From contig CM119265.1 of the NCBI GenBank assembly GCA_051294375.1, positions 28,681,359 through 28,745,358 of the forward strand: a stretch of DNA of 64,000 nt, read 5' to 3'. The notes below the pieces were generated by a model. It was not told the DNA's origin. It saw only the letters and a list, made by a program, of their open reading frames with translations, and did no database searches. Within the stretch, counting starts at the first letter, position 1. Each line of letters opens with the position of its first letter. Origin of the DNA: Paraspadella gotoi. Lineage: Eukaryota; Animalia; Chaetognatha. The translations under genes were made by a program, and so were the position numbers. Below, one piece after another: positions 27,143-39,180 of this stretch.

Positions 27143-28829
27143 CGCTGTGTGAAAATGTGAAACCAGACGTGAGTCTTTAGTTGTTGTTGTGATTGTTCCA
27201 GAGTCCAACGCCAATTTGAAAGGGAGTCGTCCGTTTTCTTGAAGACGAATTCCAACTTTTTCATTTTCCATCTTTTGGTTCATTTTCGTTTTTGGCCTCT
27301 TTTTTGTTTTGAGTCATTCGTCCCTTTAGTCTTTACCCTTTTGGGTCGAGACTCTGACCGACTCAGTTCAGTATCCAGTGTCACGAGATACCTTTTGGAC
27401 CTTCGATCTTGCCACCGATGGCAGCCATGCCTGCCTTTCTATGCCTGGCATATATGCTCAGCCAACCATGCCCTGTTTCTTGCCAACCATGCCATCGCCA
27501 TGCCATCTCCCCCTTTTTTTTTCTTCCAAGTCGAAGCCAATTTTTGTTTCTCGTTTTCAAAGAAGACGAATTCTTTCTTTTTCTTTCTTTTTTTATTTTT
27601 TTTTTATTTATCTTATTCGTTTAAATATATTTTTTTAAACTAATTTCACTGATTATTTTTCTCTATTTTCTTTATTGCTATTACTTTTTTTTCTTTCCTT
27701 TTTTTAACGAATTTGCTGAATTTTATATTTGACATTTGAAATTTTCATTTAAGTTTTTTTTTTTGCATCTTTTGTTGTTCATTTCTTTTGCAAAAACTTT
27801 TTTTTTCGGCTGAAGAAGAAAAAAGAAAGAAAGAAATTTGAGATTTTTTTTTCCTGCAAAGTTTCTCTGTCGACTCAAAAAATCAGTTTTGGAAGGTAGA
27901 CTTAAAAAAAAGAAAGAAAGAAAGAAAAAGAAAGAAAATGTCCGGCCCAAAACTTCGTCTGGATAAAAAAAAAAAAAAGATGTCTGGATGTCAGGTTGAG
28001 TTCGTTTTAAATCCGTACGTTTGCCATAAAAATGTTAGAAGTTGAGAATTTTTTAGCTGAATGAATATTTGATGGAAAAAAAGTTATGAAATTGGTACAA
28101 CCAATATAAAAATTATCCATTCATTTAATAAATAAGCTATCTTGACCATGACTTTGGACAATAAGGCGTCGTGAAAGTTGTAGATAAAAATTCTAATATT
28201 TGATTATGAACAGTCTTGTAATAAAGAACATTGATATATATAAAAAAAATTAAAATTTCTCAATTTTCTCATTAGCCCATATTTATACATAGAAAATGTC
28301 TAAATTTTAAAATACATTTTTCTTAGTTTTGACCGCAGATTCGTGTTCCTCATAAAAAGTTGATAGAAGAAAATATAAGTCTTAATCAAAAATTATTTCA
28401 TTAAATTAGCTAAAAATAAAAAAAAATATAATATAATATATAAAAAAAATATACTAAAATTTTAATTAGTAATAATTAATACATTAATAATTATAAAAGT
28501 TTTTAGTATTTTGACCCACTTAAATGAAATATTTTTCTAAAAAGACCTTAGTTCCTTTTATCAACTTTCGTGTGAAATCTGCTTTCAAAATAAGATTGTT
28601 TTTAATTATTTTTGTTATATCTTATTGGATAGTTGACATCCTATGCTAATTTTAAAACGTTTTCTACTTTCTCCTACCCTCTCTCCTTTATCTCTTTTCC
28701 TCTCCTTTCCTCCCCNNNNNNNNNNNNNNNNNNNNNNNNNNNNNNNNNNNNNNNNNNNNNNNNNNNNNNNNNNNNNNNNNNNNNNNNNNNNNNNNNNNNN
28801 NNNNNNNNNNNNNNNNNNNNNNNNNNNNN

Positions 28830-29890
28830 TTCGATGGAAGGCTCTCGGTTTCCACCCACGAATGCCCACCTTCCCTCCGACTGTCCACTCAACCACCCCA
28901 ACCCCAGACTACCACCTCTCCCTACCACCGTTCCCATAGTGGCGCCAGAAACGACGACGACGACGACGACGACGACGTCGTCGCCATCTATCCGACGCCA
29001 CCGACGCAGTAACCATGGCAACAACAACAACAATAATAACAACTACAACAACAGTGCAATACCCTTCTACTCCTCATCCTCTTCCTCCTCCTCGCCGACT
29101 CCGCTCCGCCAACGTCGATTGCCGACCCAACCGCCGACGCAGCCGCCGACGCAGCCATCTCCTCCAGGTTCACCGATGGATGTTGACATGCGGTCGACCG
29201 CCGACTCGCAACCTTCGTCTCCTCTACATCGGCTACACCGGCAACACCGACGGACAGCCTCGACGCCTGCCGACGCAGCCGGGCTGCACCGACGCGACGG
29301 CGCCGCTTCGACGCCGACCAAACGTCTCCTTAACGGCGCTCCGGCGGACCGGCGTTCGTCGGCGTCCTCGGCCACGCCCACTTTTCCGCCATCCGGCGCC
29401 GGAATCGACGAGACTCGCCTCAAGTCGATCGTCCACTCTCTCCTCAAAAGGCTCAAGGACGCCGGTTTATCGGCGCTGCTCGCCGCGCTGGAATCAAAAG
29501 GCGCCGACGACGACGCCGGTTGCGCTACGCTACCACGCGGCGCGGATCAGAGGATGGGAGTCAACGCGTTGAGATTCTCGGCGCCGGGAGACGACGACGC
29601 CGGTTGGAGAGTGGCGCCGGAAGCTTTGGCGTGTCTCGTTTGGCGTTGGCCGGAAATGGCGCCGGTGGCGGTGGAGGCGGAGGAAGGGATGGAGTGGGAA
29701 GAGGAGGAGGAGGAGGAGGAGGAGGAAGAAAGGACGACGACGACGACGACGGGTGGCGCCGTCGACCCAGAGTTTGCGGCGCCGCGCCGTAGACTCGTCT
29801 ACGATTTACGGCGCCTTCCGATTTGCGGAGCCAAAGATGGAGACGTTTGCGTGAATCCTTATCATTGGGGGAGGCTGCTGCTTCAAGAAG
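28830..29890 (+). CDS. Smad6/7: Smad6/7 exon: long low-complexity N-terminal region plus I-Smad-type MH1 domain
   Basis: ORF contains LKSIVHSLLKRLKDAGLSALLAALESKG, GCATLP, ACLVWRWPE and LRRLPIC...VCVNPYHWGRL (MH1 Zn ligands C,C,C,H retained). Phase-1 donor GAA G|GTGAGT at 29891, as in vertebrate Smad6/7. The acceptor is probably hidden in gap 28716-28829 after a pyrimidine tract. Confidence 0.93.
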
Positions 29891-31900
29891 GTGAGTTANN
29901 NNNNNNNNNNNNNNNNNNNNNNNNNNNNNNNNNNNNNNNNNNNNNNNNNNNNNNNNNNNNNNNNNNNNNNNNNNNNNNNNNNNNNNNNNNNNNNNNNNNN
30001 NNNNNNNNNNNNNNNNNNNNNNNNNNNNNNNNNNNNNNNNNNNNNNNNNNNNNNNNNNNNNNNNNNNNNNNNNNNNNNNNNNNNNNNNNNNNNNNNNNNN
30101 NNNNNNNNNNNNNNNNNNNNNNNTGGGGTGTGGAGAGAGAGTGAGTGACGGAGTCGTGGGGTGGGAGAATGTATGGAAACATGTTACTATGTTTTACTAT
30201 GTTAAGCTGGAAGCGCGATGTTAACGATGTTGTCAGGAAGTCAGAGAAAGATGAAAGTGTGATTAAGAATTATTGAAGGGAACTGGTTCAAGATGCCAAG
30301 CCTTTTGCCTTTTACCATAAGGTCTTGGGTTCCATTGTGATCTGTGACTGCATACTGCATAGTGCATAGCGGCAACCCGGGCCCGTTTCCAAGTTCAGTA
30401 CCCGTTACCTGTTAAGTTTGTGGATCGTTGTTTTTACTTTAGCTAACTCGGTGCTTTTTTTGTAAGAGTGATCATAAAAACTCAATCAAATGTTAATTGA
30501 TACTATTAAAAAAAAACAAGATTTATTTTTGAAATATACTAATTACCGGGAAAAACTTTTTTTTTGTCGGTGGATTGAATTATAAAAGAATTAGTGTCGG
30601 TTGATAATGTAATGTTTAATGGGAGGAGACGTTTTTGAGTAGTAATGGATTCATCACTAAAAAAAAGAAATAAATGTATATAAGGTTTTTTTTTTTAGCG
30701 GCGGCAANNNNNNNNNNNNNNNNNNNNNNNNNNNNNNNNNNNNNNNNNNNNNNNNNNNNNNNNNNNNNNNNNNNNNNNNNNNNNNNNNNNNNNNNNNNNN
30801 NNNNNNNNNNNNNNNNNNNNNNNNNNNNNNNNNNNNNNNNNNNNNNNNNNNNNNNNNNNNNNNNNNNNNNNNNNNNNNNNNNNNNNNNNNNNNNNNNNNN
30901 NNNNNNNNNNNNNNNNNNNNNNNNNNNNNNNNNNNNNNNNNNNNNNNNNNNNNNNNNNNNNNNNNNNNNNNNNNNNNNNNNNNNNNNNNNNNNNNNNNNN
31001 NNNNNNNNNNNNNNNNNNNNNNNNNNNNNNNNNNNNNNNNNNNNNNNNNNNNNNNNNNNNNNNNNNNNNNNNNNNNNNNNNNNNNNNNNNNNNNNNNNNN
31101 NNNNNNNNNNNNNNNNNNNNNNNNNNNNNNNNNNNNNNNNNNNNNNNNNNNNNNNNNNNNNNNNNNNNNNNNNNNNNNNNNNAAAGCAGGCGTCAGTAGA
31201 GATTAGGACAGAAAGAAGCCCCGAGAGAGTGACGAGGGGAGAGGAAACTATTGAACGAACCTGATTAACTCGAAAGATGCGAATGCGAGACAGAGGGATG
31301 AGATCGCGAGAAGAGACGGCAGACGGAGACGAGATGAGATGACAGAGAGATGATGAGCGACGATCGAAGAGGAAGGAGAGGAAGACAGACGAGAAGAAGA
31401 CGATGAGCAGAGAAGACGAATGATGAGAGAGAGAGAGATAAAAAGTAAATTACGGCCTACACGGCAAGTGGTTTTCGTCTGTTTTTCGTTATAAAAACTT
31501 ATTTTATTTACTTTTTTTTTATTAATTAACTGTTTTTCATTGAGAATGAATGTTCTTAGGGAAAAAAACAAAGTTTAATTTTATTGTTTAAAATACATTT
31601 TTACGCCTTCCCGATTCTTTCCGTCCTACTACTCTCTACCCTCTTATTCGGCTACTCTTACTCTCCATTCATCTCTTTCACTCTCTCTCTCCCTACTTTC
31701 TTTACTCTCTCTCCTCTCCCTCTCTCTCCCTGTTGCCTTCTCCCTTCTCTCTTCCTCTCCTCCCCTCTCCCTCGCCCCCAACTAGACACAGCCCCCTTCC
31801 TCCTTACGCTACCACCTCCAACCGACCTTCACCTACCGCTGCTAAATCTACCTCCTCCTCTTCTCGTACTCCTCATTCCCTACTTCCTCTCTCCGACCAG

Positions 31901-32139
31901 AATCTCCGACCGACCGACCCATAAATACCTCGCCAACGACTTCGCCTGCCCGGACGGCACGCTCTCGGGCGGCGGCCGCGGGCCCGACGGGCTCAAACGA
32001 GGCCGCGACGACGACGACGACGATAAAGGCGACGCCATCTTGGATTCTGGCGGCGGTGGCTTCGGCGGCTGCGGGTGCGGCGGCGGCGGCGGCGGCGAAG
32101 TCGTCAGCACCGAAACTGGAGGCATTGTTGTCCCTTTGG
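31901..32139 (+). CDS. Smad6/7: Smad6/7 linker exon (ESP... to STETGGIVVPL), frameshifted as assembled
   Basis: CAG|AATCTCCG restores E-S-P after the phase-1 donor (cf. ESPPPPY), and STETGG matches SMAD7 SAETGG. Donor G|GTGAGT at 32140. The 239-nt length is not a multiple of 3, implying indel error near 31910-31925 or use of the alternative acceptor at 31786. Confidence 0.72.
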
Positions 32140-32271
32140 GTGAGTTGATATTTTTGCTTTTTGGCTTTATTTTCCGAGAGTGCCCCAATTCTTTTCGTTT
32201 TTCCCAACAATTAATTATAATACTTAATCTAAACATATTTTTATATTTTAACATAATTTTTAACCTTAATC

Positions 32272-32530
32272 GTTAACCCTAATCACTAACCTTTTCCTTA
32301 TCCTAAACCCGAATCCTAGACCCTAAACCCTTGACCCTAGACCCTTATCCCTAGACCCTAAACCCTAAACCCTAAACGCTAGACACTAGATCCTAAACGC
32401 TAACCCTAGACCCTTATCCCTAACCCAAGTTCATAACTCTAATCACTAACCTAAATGCTTACCCTTTATCACTAATCTAATCCCAAACCTAATCCCTAAC
32501 CTAATCCCTAGCCTTAACCTATCTTAACTT
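32272..32530 (+). repeat. Telomere-like (CCCTAA/CCCTAGA/CCTAAA)n tract
   Basis: Read directly. Confidence 0.8.
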
Positions 32531-33439
32531 AATCTTTAGTTTAACAAAATTAACCTAATTCAAAATTTAAGATGAAATGCTACGGTTTGGGAAAATAAGG
32601 CTTTTTTTATTTTTCTTTGCTTTTTTTCTCTCCGATTTTTTGCTTTTATTTTGCTTTTTTTGTGCTTTTTTTTCCCTCTAGCTCTTCGCAAAGTATCAGT
32701 ATTATAATTCGATGAATAAACATTCGTTCGATTTGAATCATTTTAAATTCGAACTAAAAACTTTATTTGTGTTAGATGTTACTTTTAAAATATTTCTTAG
32801 TCTTATGAATTATCAGTGGTAGTTCCTACGCGATTCTAAAGCGATTCTAAAGCGATTCTAAAGCGATTTTTAATCCGTTTTTATATCCGTTCTCAGAATC
32901 GTATTTTTTTAAGGCGTCGGTCGCCCCGGATGTTTTAGTTGTAATTCTTACAATTTGTTTTACCGGTGTGCCAAAGGAAGCTATTTACTTGTTATTGTTG
33001 AGGTAAAAAAGTCGCTGACCGAACGGAGTGAAAATCTTAAATTTCACAGCAGCTGACTTTTCTGTTCTGTCACACCTAATCACTCTCTCTCTCTCTTTTT
33101 CCACCTGCAAATTAAGAGGTTTTTTCAAAGGTATCTTTCTCATAGCAAGAAGGGGAAAAGAAAGGAGAGANNNNNNNNNNNNNNNNNNNNNNNNNNNNNN
33201 NNNNNNNNNNNNNNNNNNNNNNNNNNNNNNNNNNNNNNNNNNNNNNNNNNNNNNNNNNNNNNNNNNNNNNNNNNNNNNNNNNNNNNNNNNNNNNNNNNNN
33301 NNNNNNNNNNNNNNNNNNNNTCTAAAGAAAATGGTTTGTTTTTTGTTGATTTTAGTTGCGCAAGAAAATTAGGCAAAGAGGAGAGAGAAATAGAAATCAA
33401 TAAACCTTTTTTTTTCGTTGTCCTTTGTTATGGTTGCGT

Positions 33440-33491
<52 letters not shown>

Positions 33492-34434
33492 TTTTTCTTT
33501 CTTTCCTTGTCAGTTGTCTATTTTATTTTCACTTTTCAACCCCTAAAACAAACATCCCTTTTTTAAAAAAACAATATTTTTGCTCACATTTATTTATAAA
33601 CTCATAAACAAGAATCTAAATCCCTCTATCGGTTGAGCAAAGAAACCGGAAGAAAACAAATGATCAACTTGAGGTGTGACGATTTTCGGGAAGAAGAAGA
33701 AGAGGAGAAGGAGAGAGGGAGGGGAGGTGAGTAGGGGGATGAAGGAGGGGGAGGGAGGAGAGAGGGAGACGAGAGGAGCGAGAGGAGGAGGAGGAGGCTG
33801 GGTTCCCTGGCGGAAAGGGCGATAAAAAAGCGCGTTTGGGGAAAAATGCGTCTCACAGTGTGGAAAGGAGAGAGAAAGAAATGAAGTTGGAGAAGAGAGA
33901 GAGAGATGAGAGAGAGAGAGAGAAGAGAGAAGAGAGAGAGAGAGAGAGTAGAGAGAGAGAAGAGAGAGACGACAGAGCGGAGTGTGTCTCATTTCTCCCT
34001 AAGGCAGTGATCGGACGACCCTACTTTTCTAAACCATTTGATTTCTAACTGTAAAAATTACTGAACTTTTTAGTGTTTTGTTTAATTCTTCAGGGTCATT
34101 CTTAACTTTTAAAAGTCGTTTTTGGGAAATAGTTATCTCGCTATCATAAAGCACACGCGATGTTGCTTATTCTGATACTTATCAAATTCGCGTAACGACA
34201 ATAAACAGTTCTTTCAGGGTTTTTTGAAACTAATTGATTGAAAAAATCGATTTTAATGTTCTTACGAAAATCTACCCCGTAAACTGATTGGTTTAAAAAA
34301 TGGAAAAGTTTTAAGCTTTTCGCGAGAAGAAATGGAACGTAGACACTTGCTCTTAGAAATCAGAGATTTTTTTTCCTTTAAATCTAAAGCGATTATTTAT
34401 TTATCCCTTTTCTTTGCTCTTTTCATTCCCTTTC

Positions 34435-34476
<42 letters not shown>

Positions 34477-36930
34477 TCTTTTTCTCTCTTTCTTTCTTTC
34501 TTAGTTCTTTTCCTTTCTTTTCTTTCTGTCTCTCAATTCTTTTTTCCTTTTCTTTCCTCGCGCAACTTTTCTTCTCTTTCTTCTTTTTTTCATTTTTCTT
34601 TTCTTTCTTCTCTTTTTCTTTTCTCTGCATGCTCTCTTCTCTGCTTAACTCACTATCTGCCTTTCTTTCCCTCTCCTTTTTGGTTTCTCTATTTCTTTCT
34701 CTCTATTCTTTCGCTCTCTATTTCCTTTCTTTTTTTTTTTTTGCTTTTCTTTTTCTGTAAATCGAATGTTGCCCATAATCTTTCTTCTCTCTCGTTTCTT
34801 TCCTGAAGAGAAACTCGCATCGGAACTTTGTTTGATCATATTTTGTTTTTCTCGGTCCGTTTTCCAATGCCGGTTCATTTTAAGAATTTGGTGACCGATT
34901 TCAAGTCGATTTATATTATATAGACACCATTTATTTGAAATGAATGTCTGTTTCGAATGTGAATCGTGCGAGTGGAAATGAGGTTTAAAATGGAAAAATA
35001 CAAAAAAAATCTGTTTCCAACACTATTTTGAACGGCAAATTACTCATAAGTGGACGGGGAAAGTTTTGTAGTGTAGGACGCTATAGAGAAAAATTTGGGT
35101 TGTGATTAAGCTGGAAATCAGTTTCGATGGAATCGTCTGAGTGGAAAATGAGTTTTTAATGGAAAAGAACAAAAAATCTGTTTCAACTAATTGAATTATG
35201 TTCTCTTTTTATATTAAATGTAATACAGATTAAGAATGTATTATTATCAAATATATTAATTAATCGGTCAATTAATCATTAAATTATTTCAATCAATCAA
35301 TTTAATTTAGTCTATCTATTATTAATTATTCAAATAATTCAATTTATTTATAATTAATTAAAATTATTTAATCAAGATGCAAGTTAATGCGTTATCGCAT
35401 TGTCGTCGTCGCCATCATCGTCGTCGTTGCTTTTTGTCGTGTTAAGTGACGAAAAGACCTAAAAACAAACATTTTCGGATCAATTAAATTATTTATTAAT
35501 TAATTATTGTTTTAGTTTATAATAGTTTGTATTAATTAATTAATTATTTAATTAAATTACCGCTTAATGATCGTGGGCAGATCCGAATTGTTTTGATTAA
35601 ACTTGTTTCTTCCTTCCTTTTTCTTTCTTCCTTTCTTTCCTTTCCTTCTTTCTTTCTTTCCTTTCTTTATCTTTTTCCTTTCTTTCTTTTGCCGTTCCAA
35701 TCTCCTTCTTTTTTCTTTCTTTATTTCTTTTATTCTTTTTTTTTTTTCTGATTATTTATTATTTAAGTTTAAGGCTCGGCAAAATTCGGTAAAGCTCCGA
35801 TTTTTTTTTTTCTAATTTTGGTTGGCTTAGCAGGTATTTAGTTGAAAGTCGACAGATTTTTGCGGAATAATTTCCCGCAAAATTGGTGTCGACAACGAGG
35901 AAAAGAATGATTAAAAAATTGTTCCTGATGCTTTAAAGACTAACGCGAAAATGATGCGGTTTTTTAAGATTTAACAAGAATAATAACTAGTCCAACTAAT
36001 AAACTATAAAACAAATAATCTAAAGTCGAAATGAATAAACTACACATCACAAAATCAACAAATTCAAAGACATCATTAAAAATCTTTTTAAAATAGAAAA
36101 CGCATGAAGCTTATTTCTTTATATTACAGATATAGATTAGGCTGTATCAATGTGGGAATATTTTGCATTAAGTTTCATTAATTTTAAAGAATGTTCAGTT
36201 AGGTTTAAAATGACAAAAATGGAAAAAAATTCGCCATTTTTTTGACTAACGATTTTTTAAAGAAATTCATTACAGAACAAACGGTGAATCATTAACAAAA
36301 ATGTTCTACCCCAGTAAGAAAGAAAATGAAGGCGAACCCAAAAGCGAGTAAAAATTTTTCTTTTTTTGATTCTCAAACCTTGAAAATTAGTGCCAAAACT
36401 GAAAATCGGACAAAAATGGACAAGATTTTTGGAAGATAAAAATTGCTTAAAAACTATCTTTTAACTGTAGCAACATTTATAAGGGAATGACTTTATTTAC
36501 CCCCATTGTTTGCCACTTCTTTGTGATAAGTCCAATATATAAAAAATTTTTCATTCATATTTGATATAATCAGGAGATTTCAGGTTCATTTCTTTGACAA
36601 AAGGCTTTTTCGTAGAACACATGCCCTAAAAGGATCGACCAGTTCTGTTCTACTTTCTTTTTCTCCTTCTGTTTTTCTTTATCGACGGAAAAACTTCGTT
36701 GGTCAGAAGTCGTTGTCGTCGTCGTCGTCGTCGNNNNNNNNNNCATTGTCGTCGTCGTGATTGGTCGTCGTCGTTATCATCATCATCACCATCATCATCT
36801 TCATCAATAAACTATGACATCTTTTACTATTATCATTTTTAAATAATTTTACATTTATGTTTTCATAACATGAAATTGATTCAACCAATTAATTCAATGA
36901 ATTAACCATTCATTTTATATTGCCCGTGAC

Positions 36931-37039
36931 AAGCCTCCATCACTCTAACAAGATAAGTACATAACAGGTCTCTGCAAGCTTTCAATCACAGTCTTGTTTA
37001 TTCACTCCCAGAGTACCTGACTTCCCAGTCAATGAAGTG
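36931..37039 (+). repeat. Family A partial copy
   Basis: gcctccatcactct...gcaagctttcaatc...ttattcactcccagagtacctg matches 63758-63870. Another fragment is at 28091-28160. Confidence 0.8.
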
Positions 37040-37066
37040 GCATAATATTTTTCCGAATGTTTCAAG

Positions 37067-37450
37067 TGTCAGAAAGGGGATAATATCATTGCAGGAGAAT
37101 CAGTCTCACCAAAAGTGGAACCGGATCAGAGGATCGAGCGATCTCAGCGGAAATGGAATCGCCGAATCCTGATTGGTCAAGCGAGGAACCGGAATCGACC
37201 AATCAGCTTGGATAATCCATAAAACTGTCAAAATCACTCTTGCCTCTGATCCTCTTTCTCAGATATAAATAGACTTAGTTCTCTTTAGTTTCAGCAGCAT
37301 TGATCAAGACTCCTGCGTGTGTCTCACCGTCATTCTTATTCTCTGAATAAATCTCCTCTTTGATTTCGTCACTAGAAATCCATGAGTTTTTCCTTAAATG
37401 ATATATATATAAATATATATATATATAATTTCTTATTTTGGGCACTCACA
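37067..37450 (+). mobile_element. LTR-like / promoter-like segment
   Basis: Starts TGTCA; inverted CCAAT pair (ctgattggtc 37169-78 / gaccaatcag 37197-206), TATAAATA 37264-71, AATAAA 37346-51. 3' end and TSD not established. Confidence 0.3.
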
Positions 37451-38497
37451 GAAAAGCAAAGGGACAAATGGACCACCCGACTAATTAACAGATAGACCGA
37501 CCGACCGACCAACTCTGAACTTTCCTCATTTCCGAGAAAATCAACGACCGAAGGAAGAATAAGTTTCTGCGACTTCGATTCGTCTTCGTCAAACTCGATA
37601 CAGACTGACTGACCACATTTGTGGAGGATGTGGTCGCTCGAGAAGCGTGGGCAAAGGGTTATGGGCCACTTGTAGGATTCAGACCGAATCTGCGAAAGTG
37701 GACACTTAGCAATTTGGCGAATTCTCAAACAGAAGGTGGCCCTGTGGGGCTCTATTTTCCGAGTGCTTCCCCTTTTTGTTTGATTTTCTCAGAATTTAAT
37801 TTCAACCTTAATCTTTAATTTCAATATATTTTAAAAGTTAAAAACCAATCCCTAATTCAAATGCTTAACCCTAATCTTTAACCTAATCTTTAAAGAAATA
37901 ATAACCTAATTCAAAATTTAAAATAAAATGAGGCGTTTTAGAAAAATGATGCCAAAACGGCTACACATTTTTTTTTGGTTATCATCGAATTTTTTTCTCC
38001 CAAAAAATTATCTAATTCATAAAGTTTGGTGATTCGTTTTATCGTCGTGAACGTTTCACACAAACGTGACTCCATCTCGCTCGTTCTCTCTATTTCTTTT
38101 TCCTAGACTTCCTCNNNNNNNNNNNNNNNNNNNNNNNNNTCTCTCGTATTTCGTTGTTTCGCTAGAACTTCCACGACCTTGGGGAAGGGGTCTGCTCTCG
38201 TCTCTGCTCTGCTCGTCTCCTCTGCTCCTCCCTCTCTCTCCTCTCTCTCCTTTTCCGTCTCTCTCCTCTCTCTCTTTCTCTCTCGTCCTCTCTCTCTCTT
38301 AATACTTACTCTCTTCTCGTGTCTCTGGCTCTCTCTCTCTCCCTTCTATCTCTCCTTCTCTCTCCTCTCTCTCTCTCTTCTCCTCTCTTGTTCGTCTCCT
38401 CTTCCTCTCTCTCTCTGTTTCTCACTCTTCATTTTCTTCCTCTCTTCTCTCTCTCGTCTCTCTATCTCTCTCTCTCTCTCTCCTATCGGTCTCTCTC

Positions 38498-38536
<39 letters not shown>

Positions 38537-38574
38537 GTAATTCCCAAAATTGTTTTCGCTCTTGATACATGCTG

Positions 38575-38628
<54 letters not shown>

Positions 38629-39180
38629 GAAGAGGATACTTCGGCAGAAAAAATAGGACTTTGGAAAAGTTCCAATTCGCGAGAATGCAAGAGGAGCTTG
38701 TTCTGGAAAAAAGATGAAAACAGAAAGACTAGAAAAGAAACTAAGGAAAAAAAATAAAAGTTGATGTTTTTGTATGGTTTTCAAAATTAGACTTACTTTT
38801 ATTTCTTTTTGAACGACAACTAATTTGCATATAGCATTAGTATAACAATAAAAAGTGAGGTAGAGCATTTTAAAGAATATTATAGCTTTTTTGAAAAAAA
38901 AATCAACTAAATAATGTTTCATCCTAAAATTTATCAAAGAATCTTTATCCTTTGCAACTATTACCCAAAGCCATACAAGAAAGTAAGAAAATTAATTTAA
39001 ATAAATCATAAGTAATCAATCATAGCGTTGAATACAGCTTTTTTTTGAGTATTGCAAAAGCGGTCGCATCTAATTCCAAGCAAGCTTAATATCAAATACT
39101 TAGAAATGCTTTGTGACACAATCATGTTCCAAAGTTTCATCCTTGGTCTCGTCAGTTAATTTTCTTTTTAATGATCCAAC

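Noticed and set aside
29015-29792. Overlapping or antisense ORFs across the Smad exon
   Set aside because: Shadow frames expected from GC-rich coding sequence.
37600-37770. Complex island as the missing Smad MH2 exon
   Set aside because: No frame I read on either strand shows MH2 motifs; its identity is unknown.
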